The notes beneath the pieces are model-generated. The model worked only from the letters and a program-made list of their open reading frames with translations. It had not been told where the DNA came from and made no database searches. Below are positions 38,109 to 46,512 of a stretch of DNA of 64,000 nucleotides, in pieces. Location: positions 5,023 to 69,022 of the forward strand of contig CAYOXM010000003.1 in assembly GCA_964407925.1 (NCBI GenBank), read 5' to 3'. Source of the stretch: an uncultured Gammaproteobacteria bacterium (GTDB lineage Bacteria > Patescibacteriota > Patescibacteriia > SG8-24). A program made the position numbers and the translations under genes. The number at the start of each line of letters is the position of its first letter. Within the stretch, counting starts at the first letter, position 1.

Positions 38109-39194
38109 TCAGAATCCGCCGACGCGCAGCAGGTCCGAGAAGACGCCCGCAGCCGACACTTCCGCGCCCGCGCCCGGCCCCTTGATGACGAGCGGCAGCG
38201 CGTTGTACCGGCGACTGCGGATGACGAACATGTTTTCCGGCCCTTCGAGCGCGCCGAATCCGGAACCGCTCGGGACTTCCTCGATGCCGACACGGACGGC
38301 ATCCGGCGTGAGCGTGGCAAGGTAGCGCAGGGCATGCCCGCGCCTCGCCGCGGACTTCACGCGCTCGTCGAATTCGCGGCCGTGCTCGGAGAGGCCGTCG
38401 AGGAAGGCGTCCGCGCCGCCTTCGCGAAGCGCTTCGGGAACCAGGCTTTCTGCCGTAACGCTCTCAAGATCGATGCGGTGACCCAGCAAGCGCGCAAGGA
38501 TGAGCGCCTTGCGGCACACGTCCGCGCCGGACAGGTCCTCGCGCGGGTCAGGTTCGGTGTACCCGCGCGTCTTCGCGTCACGAACGGCGAGCGCGAACGG
38601 GACGCCCTTGCCGCACTCCGCGAAAAGGTGGCCGAGCGTCCCCGACATCGCCGCGCGGACCTCGATGACGGCGTCGCCGGAAAGGAGCATGTCACGGAGC
38701 GTGCTGACGACGGGGAGCCCCGCCCCGACGGTTGATTCGTAGCGGTAGGCGGGACCGTTCGGGTCGGCCTGCGCGGCCACGATGGCGTCGTACTGGATGA
38801 GCGGCGCGGTGAGCGGCTTCTTGTTCGCGCTGATCACGTGCCAGCCGCGGCGGAGCCAGGTCGCGTGCGCCTCGTGGTTCCTTTCGGCGGTCATGTCGAC
38901 GACGACCTGCCCCTCGGCATCCATGCCGGCGACGCTCGCGGTCACGTCGTCCCAACTGCCTGATCCGGCGCCGGCAGGACGGAGTTCGAACCGCGCTCGC
39001 CCCTCGGCGATGCCGTTCAGGTCGAACACGGGAATCCCCTGCGGGATGTAAATCGCGGTCGTCCTGCCGACGATGCCCGTGACGCGGATATCGACGCCGC
39101 GGCGCAGGAACGCCTCATGCGTTTCCGCGATCTGCCGGATGAACGCGCGACCGACGTTGCCTTTGCCGATGATGACGACGGGTATCACGCGCAT
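38109..39194 (-). CDS. hom: homoserine dehydrogenase
   Basis: VVIIGKGNVGRAF NAD-binding motif plus a catalytic domain. No ACT domain. Confidence 0.85.
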   Translation of the reverse strand: MRVIPVVIIGKGNVGRAFIRQIAETHEAFLRRGVDIRVTGIVGRTTAIYIPQGIPVFDLNGIAEGRARFELRPAGAGSGSWDDVTASVAGMDAEGQVVVDMTAERNHEAHATWLRRGWHVISANKKPLTAPLIQYDAIVAAQADPNGPAYRYESTVGAGLPVVSTLRDMLLSGDAVIEVRAAMSGTLGHLFAECGKGVPFALAVRDAKTRGYTEPDPREDLSGADVCRKALILARLLGHRIDLESVTAESLVPEALREGGADAFLDGLSEHGREFDERVKSAARRGHALRYLATLTPDAVRVGIEEVPSGSGFGALEGPENMFVIRSRRYNALPLVIKGPGAGAEVSAAGVFSDLLRVGGF

Positions 39195-40591
39195 ACGGGA
39201 AGGGATAATGCATGAAGGGCGAAGGCCTCGTGCGCGGCGCGCACGGCGGCGTCGGCTTGCGATTCGCGGACGACGAAGGAGATGTTGCGCTCAGACGACC
39301 CTTGGGCGATGGCCAGCACGTTCACGCCCGCGGCCGCGACTGCGGTGAACAGGCGTCCCGCGACGCCCGGCGAACCGCGCATCCCCTCGCCGACGATGGC
39401 GACCGCGGCGACGCGCCCCTCGACCGCGATGCGGTCGACGAGCCGCGCCTCGAGGTGCTCGCGCAAGTCGCGATCGAGCGCGGCGGCGAACGCGGCCGCG
39501 GAATCGCGCCCGACGAGGAGGCAGATGTTCTGCTCGGACGACGACTGACTGAACATCACGATGTTCACGCGCTCCCGACCGGCGACCCGGAAGACGTGCG
39601 CCGCGAAGCCGGCGATGCCGACCATCCCGCGCCCCTCGACCGTCACCATGGCGAGGCCTTTCGCCGCGGTGACGACCTTCACGCCATGCGGCGCGGTGGA
39701 CGTGCGGCTCCCGATCGCGGTGCCGGGGGCGTCGGGCCGGAAGGTGTTGCGCATCCTGATGGGAATGCCGGCCTCGACCGCGGGAATCATCGTCTTCGGG
39801 TGGAGCACCTTCGCGCCGAAGTAGGACATCTCGGCGGCTTCGTCGTAACTGATGTCAGAAATGAGCGCGGCGTTCGGGATTATGGCGGGGTCGGCGGTCA
39901 TCACGCCGTCGACCTCCTTCCATATCCAGATTTCCTTCGCGGCGAGGCCGGCCGCGACGATGGCGACGCTGTAGTCCGAACCGCCGCGACCCAGCGTCGT
40001 CGTGACGCCCTTGGGCGTGGCACCGATGAATCCGGTGACGACGGGAACGACGGCTTTCTCCACGAGCGGCGCGAGGACGTCGCGAACCTTGCCGTACGTC
40101 CGCTTGAAATCCACGTTCGCCGCGCCGAACCGGTCATCGGTCTCGATCAGGCCGCGACTGTCGACGGCGACAGCGGCGATGCCACGCGCCACGAGCGCCG
40201 CCGTGACGACGGGCGCGCTCATCCGCTCGCCGAAGGAGACGACGGCGTCCGACGCGCGGTCGTCGAGCGTTCCGGCTTCGGCGACGGCACGGAGCGTCGA
40301 CGCGAGTTCGCCCGCGAGCGTGCGGACCGCGTCGAGCGCAGAAACGTTTTCGCCGAATGCCGCGAGCGCCGACTCGTGCCGCGCAAGGATTGATGCGGCG
40401 CCCGCCTCCGCGCCAGCAGCGTCGCCCTTCGCGGCGAGCGCGGCGAGTCCGAGCAACTCGTCCGTCACGCCGCGTAGAGCGGACACGACGAGGACGGGGC
40501 GGACGTCACGGTACCGTGCGACGATGTCCGCGACCTGCGTGATGGCGTCGGCCGTGCCGACGGAGCTGCCGCCGAATTTCATGACGATCAT
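39185..40591 (-). CDS. lysC: aspartate kinase
   Basis: MKFGGSSV motif, followed by ACT domains. Confidence 0.9.
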   Translation of the reverse strand: MIVMKFGGSSVGTADAITQVADIVARYRDVRPVLVVSALRGVTDELLGLAALAAKGDAAGAEAGAASILARHESALAAFGENVSALDAVRTLAGELASTLRAVAEAGTLDDRASDAVVSFGERMSAPVVTAALVARGIAAVAVDSRGLIETDDRFGAANVDFKRTYGKVRDVLAPLVEKAVVPVVTGFIGATPKGVTTTLGRGGSDYSVAIVAAGLAAKEIWIWKEVDGVMTADPAIIPNAALISDISYDEAAEMSYFGAKVLHPKTMIPAVEAGIPIRMRNTFRPDAPGTAIGSRTSTAPHGVKVVTAAKGLAMVTVEGRGMVGIAGFAAHVFRVAGRERVNIVMFSQSSSEQNICLLVGRDSAAAFAAALDRDLREHLEARLVDRIAVEGRVAAVAIVGEGMRGSPGVAGRLFTAVAAAGVNVLAIAQGSSERNISFVVRESQADAAVRAAHEAFALHALSLPVCA

Positions 40592-40673
40592 ATGTCGAGA
40601 GTGTGAAAGGTTGGGAGGTCATGAGGCCGAGAGACGCTCTCAACCTTTAAACCTTTTGACCTCTCAACCTTTT

Positions 40674-40699
40674 AAAAAGCCCGCCTTCGCGTGGCGGGT
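40674..40699 (-). terminator. attenuator terminator CCCGCC-ACGCGAA-GGCGGGC followed by T5 (minus-strand sense) between the leader peptide and lysC
   Basis: Read directly from the sequence. Confidence 0.55.
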
Positions 40700-40734
40700 G
40701 TCTGTCTCGCGTGCGTGTTCTCGCAGCAGCGACC

Positions 40735-40800
40735 TACCCCGCCGAACAAGTCGTCGTGGTCGTGGTCGTCGTCGTCGTCGTGACAAACGCGGTGGCCATA
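40735..40800 (-). CDS. threonine-operon leader peptide MATAFVTTTTTTTTTTTCSAG (11 consecutive Thr codons)
   Basis: Minus-strand reading ATG GCC ACC GCG TTT GTC (ACG/ACC/ACT)x11 TGT TCG GCG GGG TAG. It is followed by a terminator hairpin upstream of lysC-hom-asd-thrB-thrC. Confidence 0.5.
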
Positions 40801-40848
40801 ATGATGGGAGATAGCGTAACACGCTTCCCCGTCGCGTCAAACGACAGA

Positions 40849-40885
40849 CTTATCCACACCGGGGACAGTCCCCCGGTGTGGATAA
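40849..40885. promoter_or_regulatory. near-perfect palindrome TTATCCACACCGGGGAC-A-GTCCCCCGGTGTGGATAA (second copy of the 27110 motif)
   Basis: Read directly from the sequence. It lies about 50 nt upstream of the thr leader ATG. Confidence 0.45.
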
Positions 40886-40915
40886 AAAATGACCCGCCGG
40901 ACAGGCGGGTCGTCG

Positions 40916-41575
40916 TCATTTCTTCGCCGCGTAGTCGGGGCGGACCATGACGTGGAAGCAGAGCGCTCCCCACTTCTCCTCGGTCGCCTGAATGAGGCCG
41001 CGCCGTTCCAAGTCGGCGAGCTTCCTGCGGAGCCACGCCTGGACCGCCGGTGGCATGTCCTTCGTCGAGATGTCGACGGTGGATCCGGTGAGGTGCGACG
41101 ACCGCTTCTGCGGCGTCACGCCGCTCGCCGCGACCGCGGTGCGCCTGCGGAGCTTCTTCTGATACTCCTCGGTACGCGAGAGCGAGGTGACGCGGAGTTT
41201 CGCCCCCGCCGGCATCGCCACGTCGGCCGCGAGGTCGTGGAGAAACTCCTTCACCCATGGACGGGCGTGCGCGTAGAGCGCCGCGTTGTCCGGATCGAGC
41301 TCGCCGAGCTGCGAGTCGACCGTGACGGGACCGTCGTCCTTGATCGGGACGAGACGCCCGTCCTTCATGTGGTCGCGAATCTCGTCGAGATTCCTGAAGC
41401 GCGCGAGGCCGAACTCGTCGGCGACGCGATTTTCCTCCGCGAGCGCTGACGGCGATCCCGCGAGGACCGAGGCGTCGCTTGCCGGAGCGGGCGGCCGTTT
41501 CTTCTTGGGGCGCGCGTCGGCATCGGGGGCGGCGAGGAGGACGATGACAAAGAACGCGTGTGCGGGAACGCGCAT
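40916..41575 (-). CDS. secreted peptidase M15 (VanY/LAS-like D-Ala-D-Ala carboxypeptidase fold) candidate
   Basis: Signal peptide. SSHLTGSTVD matches the HxxxxxxD Zn-site motif, and EEKWGALCFHV resembles the E.WH motif. Confidence 0.4.
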   Translation of the reverse strand: MRVPAHAFFVIVLLAAPDADARPKKKRPPAPASDASVLAGSPSALAEENRVADEFGLARFRNLDEIRDHMKDGRLVPIKDDGPVTVDSQLGELDPDNAALYAHARPWVKEFLHDLAADVAMPAGAKLRVTSLSRTEEYQKKLRRRTAVAASGVTPQKRSSHLTGSTVDISTKDMPPAVQAWLRRKLADLERRGLIQATEEKWGALCFHVMVRPDYAAKK

Positions 41576-41678
41576 GGCGGAAAATCCTTTCGCGCAGGGC
41601 GCACGGTCACGGTACGGCCGCGTCGACGGACCGTCAACGCCGTGCTATGCTCAAGCCGTACTCATCATCACTACGCCT

Positions 41679-42002
41679 ATGGGAACCAAAAAGAGTTTCG
41701 TCAAGGGCCTCGCTGCCGGCGCGGTGCTCGGCGCCGTGGCGGCGCTCCTGCACGGCATGCAAGACAAGGGCAAGAAGACGGCAGACATCGAACGTGCGGC
41801 GATGCGCATCAAGGACAAGGTCGCGGCGCACGCGAAGAAGCTCGGCAAACTCACGAAATCCGCCTACGGAACGATCGTCGACACCACGGTCGCGGAGTAC
41901 CGCGGCGTGAAAGCGCTTTCCGAATCCGAGCTCAAGGAGCTGAAGGCCGAACTCAAGGCAGGCTGGACCGACGTCCAAGCGATGCTCAAACGGAAAAAGT
42001 AA
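41679..42002 (+). CDS. hypothetical protein (one TM plus a Lys-rich amphipathic tail)
   Basis: ATG at 41679 is in frame with track ORF 41286..42002. Confidence 0.45.
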   Translation: MGTKKSFVKGLAAGAVLGAVAALLHGMQDKGKKTADIERAAMRIKDKVAAHAKKLGKLTKSAYGTIVDTTVAEYRGVKALSESELKELKAELKAGWTDVQAMLKRKK

Positions 42003-42004
42003 GA

Positions 42005-42036
42005 CGCAAAAAAAGCCCGCCGTTGCGGGCTTTTTT
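42005..42036. terminator. A7-GCCCGC-CGTT-GCGGGC followed by T6, bidirectional
   Basis: Read directly from the sequence. Confidence 0.55.
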
Positions 42037-43535
42037 CAATGCGCGCCCTTCAGGAAATCACGCGCCTCTTCCACTGACGTGACTTCGCCGCTCAGCTGCG
42101 CCTCCTTGAGCGCCTCGAGCAGCCGACCGACGTCGGGCCCGGCCTCCATGCCGGTGATGGCCATCACGTCCTGACCGGAGGCGAGCTTCGGCGGCGCGCC
42201 GCGGCCGCCGGTCTGCCGGTCGAGCGCGGCAAGCGCCGACAGGAGCCGGCGGAGGCCGGACAGGTCGGACGTGCCGTCCGGCCGCAGGCTCGCCACGGCA
42301 TCGGCATACGCGAGGTGCAGGAGCCGGCGGCCTGCGGCGCGATCGGAAAGGAAATGCTTCACGAGCGTGGTGCGGCGCACCTCGTGCACGTTCACCGAAT
42401 TGGGCAGGAGGTGCATCTTCACGAGCCAGGCGACCCGTTCGGGACTCACGCCGGCGCTGGCCAAATGCAGCCGTTCGGCGACCTGCCGCGCGACCAGCGC
42501 ACCGGCCTCGGCGTGACCGTAAAAAGTGATGCGATCCGCGCCGTGCGCGGCGGTTTGCGGTTTCGCGACGTCGTGCAGGAGCAGCGCGATCGCCGTTTCC
42601 GCGTCAGGCGTCTCGCCGGGAAAGAGTTCCCCGAACTCGGGGCCGGCGAGCTTGCCGAGAGCGAGGCGCGTGTGCGCCCAGACGTCGCCTTCCGAATGCT
42701 GCCCGGGCGACTGCGCGCACTTGGCGAGCGGAACCAGTTCGGGAACCAGCCGGAACAGCGCGCCGCTCCCCTCGAGAAGCTCGAGCGCGTGTGCAGGATC
42801 CGCGGCGAAAGCCTTCGTCACTTCCTTCGCCACCGTCTCGAACGGTACGACCCGCTCGTGCCCGCCGCCGTCGACGGGCCTCGTCTCGTCGAGGCGCGGC
42901 ATGAGCCGGAGCATCGCCTCCCACGTGTCATGCTCGATGCCGAAACCGAGCTGGCAGGCGAAACGGATGCCGCGAAGCATGCGCGAATAGTCCTCGGCGA
43001 ACCGCTCCGCCGGATTCCGTACGGCGCGCATCAGGCCGTCCCGAAGATCGCCGACGCCGCCGAACGGATCGAGCAACGTACCCGTCCCGAGATCGAGCGC
43101 AAGCGCGTTGACCGTGAAATCGCGGCGGGACAGGTCGGCTTCCATCGCCAGATCCGGATCCGCCTGCACCGTGAAATCGCGGTACCCGCCGCTGCCGCCC
43201 GCGCGCTCGGTGCGCGGCCAGGCGATGTCGACCTCCGCGGCGACGCCCTCCGGCCGGAACTTCAGCACGCCGAAATGCCGCCCGACGAAACTCACCTGCC
43301 CGCGCTCCCCGAGCGCCTCGGCTATCTCCCGGAGCGACGCCTTCCGCACCACGACGTCAAAATCCTTCACCGGCCGGCCGAGCAGCCCGTCACGCACCGC
43401 GCCGCCGACGACGTGCCACTCCGCGTCCGGAAACTCGTCACGCAGCTCGGCAACGAACGCGAGGGCGGGTTCCATGACGAACGCGTCGGCGAGCGCGGCG
43501 GCCTTCTTGGCCATGTCCCGAGTGATGACTGCCAT
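42036..43535 (-). CDS. cca: CCA-adding enzyme / tRNA nucleotidyltransferase with HD domain
   Basis: Pol-beta NTase head (GGAVRDGLLGRPVKDFDVVV) and an HD domain (LLHDVAKP). Confidence 0.8.
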   Translation of the reverse strand: MAVITRDMAKKAAALADAFVMEPALAFVAELRDEFPDAEWHVVGGAVRDGLLGRPVKDFDVVVRKASLREIAEALGERGQVSFVGRHFGVLKFRPEGVAAEVDIAWPRTERAGGSGGYRDFTVQADPDLAMEADLSRRDFTVNALALDLGTGTLLDPFGGVGDLRDGLMRAVRNPAERFAEDYSRMLRGIRFACQLGFGIEHDTWEAMLRLMPRLDETRPVDGGGHERVVPFETVAKEVTKAFAADPAHALELLEGSGALFRLVPELVPLAKCAQSPGQHSEGDVWAHTRLALGKLAGPEFGELFPGETPDAETAIALLLHDVAKPQTAAHGADRITFYGHAEAGALVARQVAERLHLASAGVSPERVAWLVKMHLLPNSVNVHEVRRTTLVKHFLSDRAAGRRLLHLAYADAVASLRPDGTSDLSGLRRLLSALAALDRQTGGRGAPPKLASGQDVMAITGMEAGPDVGRLLEALKEAQLSGEVTSVEEARDFLKGAH

Positions 43536-43577
43536 ACCGCGAAAGTGTAGCAGTTTTCGCGCGCATTGGTGAGATGT

Positions 43578-43607
43578 TTGACAATTTGCAAACGGATTTG
43601 CAATAAT
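43578..43607 (+). promoter_or_regulatory. zur promoter: TTGACA -35, 17-18 nt spacer, AATAAT -10, overlapping the tandem palindrome TTTGCAAA-cgga-TTTGCAA
   Basis: Read directly from the sequence. The predicted transcription start is within a few nt of the ATG, suggesting a leaderless mRNA. Confidence 0.45.
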
Positions 43608-43615
43608 CAACGCGT

Positions 43616-43978
43616 ATGCACGCCTGCCCCGCCGACGAACTCATCGCGAATAACGGCCTCCGGCGTACGAAGGACCGTCACGCGCTCCTCGCGCTCTTCA
43701 GCGAAGGCCGCGCTTGGACCGCCGCGCAACTGCATCGGAAAATCCGCTCGGCGGACCTCTCGACCGTGTACCGGAACGTGAACGCGCTCGTCGCCAAGGG
43801 GATTCTCATCGAAACGCACGTGCACGGGCACGAAGCGTATTTCGAACTTGCCTCTCTCCCCCATCACGACCACCGCGTCTGTCCGAGCTGCGACGCCGCC
43901 GAATGCGTCCCCTGCCCGGGAAACCTGCCGAAAGAGCACCGTCTTGAGCTGCTCGGTACCTGCGCCGCGTGCGCCTGA
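43616..43978 (+). CDS. zur: Fur-family metalloregulator, probably Zur
   Basis: Winged helix (RRTKDRHALLALF...STVYRNVNALV) and HHDHRVCPSCD metal sites. It is adjacent to znuACB. Confidence 0.8.
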   Translation: MHACPADELIANNGLRRTKDRHALLALFSEGRAWTAAQLHRKIRSADLSTVYRNVNALVAKGILIETHVHGHEAYFELASLPHHDHRVCPSCDAAECVPCPGNLPKEHRLELLGTCAACA

Positions 43979-43982
43979 CCCC

Positions 43983-44903
43983 ATGAACCGACAAACGAAA
44001 ACCCTCGCCGTTTTCATCACGTTGACTGCCGCCGCGGTCGCGCTCGTCGTCCTGTCGTCGCCGCGGACGCCGCCGCCCGCCGCGTCGCCGCGCCGCGTCG
44101 CCGCGACCGTCTTTCCGCTCTATGACATCGTCCGCAACGTCGCGGGCGACGGCGTAACCGTATCGCTCGTGCTCCCGCCGGGCGGCGAGCCGCACTCGTT
44201 CGAGCCGACGCCGTCGACCGTACGCGACGTCGCCGCCGCATCCGCCGTCTATGCCGTCGGCCACGGCATCGACGACTGGATCGACCGCGCGCTGACGGAG
44301 GGTTCGGCAGCAAAGGTCGTCGTCGACCGAGGCATCGCGTTGCGCGCCTCGCCCGAAACCGTCGCACTCGCCGAAGGAGAGGACGAGCACGGCCCGGAAC
44401 CGGAAGACCCGCATTATTGGCTGACCGTCCCGAACGCGATGATCATCGCCGAAACGGTGGCGGACGATCTCGCCGCACGTTTCCCCGCGGACGCGGACGT
44501 TTTCCGCGCGAACCTCGCGCGGTATCGGACCGAACTCTCCGCGCTCGACGCCGACGTCCGTGCCATGCTCGACGCGGCGAAGAACAAGAACATCGTCACC
44601 TTCCACGACGCGTGGTATTATTTCGCCGAAGAGTACGGCCTCCGGATCGCCGGCACGTTCGAACCGTCCCCGGGACGCGAACCGACGGCGCGCGGCCTCG
44701 CCACGCTCAAGGAAGCGATCGACCGCAACCGCGTCCGTGCGCTCTACACGGAACCGCTGTTCAGCGACGCGGCGGTGACCGCTTTCGCCCGCGACGAAGG
44801 CGTCGTCCTCGCCGCGATCGACGACATCGGCGGCGCGCCCGGCCGCGACACCTACGCGTCACTCATGCGCTACAATGCCGAAACCATCCGCGAAAACCAG
44901 TGA
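43983..44903 (+). CDS. znuA: zinc ABC transporter substrate-binding protein
   Basis: Signal/TM segment. Cluster-9 SBP motifs are present, with an acidic His/Asp/Glu loop (EGEDEHGPEPEDPHYW). Confidence 0.8.
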   Translation: MNRQTKTLAVFITLTAAAVALVVLSSPRTPPPAASPRRVAATVFPLYDIVRNVAGDGVTVSLVLPPGGEPHSFEPTPSTVRDVAAASAVYAVGHGIDDWIDRALTEGSAAKVVVDRGIALRASPETVALAEGEDEHGPEPEDPHYWLTVPNAMIIAETVADDLAARFPADADVFRANLARYRTELSALDADVRAMLDAAKNKNIVTFHDAWYYFAEEYGLRIAGTFEPSPGREPTARGLATLKEAIDRNRVRALYTEPLFSDAAVTAFARDEGVVLAAIDDIGGAPGRDTYASLMRYNAETIRENQ

Positions 44904-45681
44904 CCGCGCCGTGCCCGAACCGATTCCGGCGCTGTCCGTGAAGGACTGCACCGTGCGGTTCGGCGACGTGAACGTCCTCGACGGCGTCGGCTTTGACGTC
45001 GCGCAGGGAGAAATCGCCGCCATCATCGGTCCCAACGGCTCCGGAAAGACGACGCTCCTCAAGACCGTCCTCGGGCTGGTGCAGCCGTCGGGCGGCGAAA
45101 TCCGCGTATTCGGAAAGCACCTGCATGCAGTCCGCAACCTCATCGGCTACGTGCCGCAACGCTTCGACTTCGACCGCGACTTCCCGATCACCGTGCGCGA
45201 ATTCATGGACCTCGCGCGCCATCAGCACTGCCCCGCCTCGCGCATCCCCGAAAAAATCCGCGAAGTCGGCCTGCCCCACAAGGCGCTCGACGCGCGGCTG
45301 GGCTCGCTCTCGGGCGGACAACTCCAGCGCGTGCTCATCGCGCAGGCCATCCTCAACAACCCCGCGATGCTCTTCCTCGACGAACCGTCGAGCGGCATCG
45401 ACGTCGCGGGCGAAGCGACGTTCTACGAGCTCATCGAGCACCTGAACGTGGAGCACGACACCACAATCTTGCTCGTATCGCATGACATCGCGATGGTCGC
45501 GGGAATGGTCGACAACGTCATCTGCGTGAACAAGAAGCTGCTCTGCTACGGACCGCCGCAGGACGCGCTGACCGTGCGCAAGATCACGGAGCTCTTCGGG
45601 CCGCAGCGGCTCTACGATCACCCGCGGCACGAGGACCGGCACGACCACGGTTCGGGCCGCGCCCATGACCACGGCCACTGA
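44875..45681 (+). CDS. znuC: zinc ABC transporter ATP-binding protein (start uncertain; possibly GTG at 44911)
   Basis: Walker A GPNGSGKTT, signature LSGGQLQR, Walker B LFLDEP. Confidence 0.8.
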   Translation: MPKPSAKTSDRAVPEPIPALSVKDCTVRFGDVNVLDGVGFDVAQGEIAAIIGPNGSGKTTLLKTVLGLVQPSGGEIRVFGKHLHAVRNLIGYVPQRFDFDRDFPITVREFMDLARHQHCPASRIPEKIREVGLPHKALDARLGSLSGGQLQRVLIAQAILNNPAMLFLDEPSSGIDVAGEATFYELIEHLNVEHDTTILLVSHDIAMVAGMVDNVICVNKKLLCYGPPQDALTVRKITELFGPQRLYDHPRHEDRHDHGSGRAHDHGH

Positions 45682-46507
45682 TATGCCCCTCATCGCGATG
45701 TTCACCTACCCGTTCGTGCAGCGCGCCTTCGCGGCGGGGCTCATGCTCGCCGTACTGCTGGCAGCGCTCGGCATTTTCGTCACGCTGAGGAAAATGGCGT
45801 TTTTCGGCGACGGCATCGCGCACTCCTCGCTCGCCGGCATCGCCATCGCGTTGCTCCTCGGCCTCGCCCCGCTCCCCGTGGCGCTCCTCTGGGGGGTACT
45901 CGTCGCGCTGGCCATCTACGCGGTCGAACGGTCGACGCGCCTGCCCTCCGACACGCTCATCGGCATCTTTTTCACGGCGAGCATGGCGCTCGGCGTGGTG
46001 CTCATGAGCTTCACGAAGGGCTACCAGCCCGAACTCGTCACGTACCTTTTCGGGAGCATCCTCGGCGTGCGACAGGCCGACCTCGTGCTCATCGTCGCGG
46101 CCGCGGCGCCCACCCTCGCCTGGCTCATCGCCTCGTTCCGCGAACTCACCTACATGTCGCTCGCCGAGGAGAACGCGCGCGTCGCGGGCGTGCCCGTGTC
46201 GTTCCACACGCTCGCGCTGTACGTCGCGCTCGCGGTCGCGACCGTCCTCGGCGTGAAGGTGCTCGGCATCGTGCTGGTGTCGGCGCTCCTGGTTCTGCCG
46301 CCCGCGACGAGCAGGATGCTCACGACGTCGTTCCGCGGCTATCTCGCCGGTTCCGTCGCGCTCGCGGTCCTCATGACCGTCGTCGGCCTCGCCGCGTCGT
46401 TCCGGTACGACCTGCCGTCGGGCGCGACCATCATCCTGACCGGCGCCGCCGTCTTCTTCATCGCGGGCATCAGCACGCGCGTCGCCGGCGCGATGCGGCA
46501 TCCCTGA
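45665..46507 (+). CDS. znuB: zinc ABC transporter permease
   Basis: Eight TM segments and ABC-3 family character. Confidence 0.8.
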   Translation: MTTATDMPLIAMFTYPFVQRAFAAGLMLAVLLAALGIFVTLRKMAFFGDGIAHSSLAGIAIALLLGLAPLPVALLWGVLVALAIYAVERSTRLPSDTLIGIFFTASMALGVVLMSFTKGYQPELVTYLFGSILGVRQADLVLIVAAAAPTLAWLIASFRELTYMSLAEENARVAGVPVSFHTLALYVALAVATVLGVKVLGIVLVSALLVLPPATSRMLTTSFRGYLAGSVALAVLMTVVGLAASFRYDLPSGATIILTGAAVFFIAGISTRVAGAMRHP

Positions 46508-46512
46508 ATCCT

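Noticed and set aside
40734-41258. 174-aa minus-strand ORF ending in a poly-Thr run as a real protein
   Set aside because: Only the last 21 codons, from an internal ATG, form a plausible unit. The rest is GC-rich read-through overlapping the M15-like gene's downstream region. It is better explained as a thr leader peptide.
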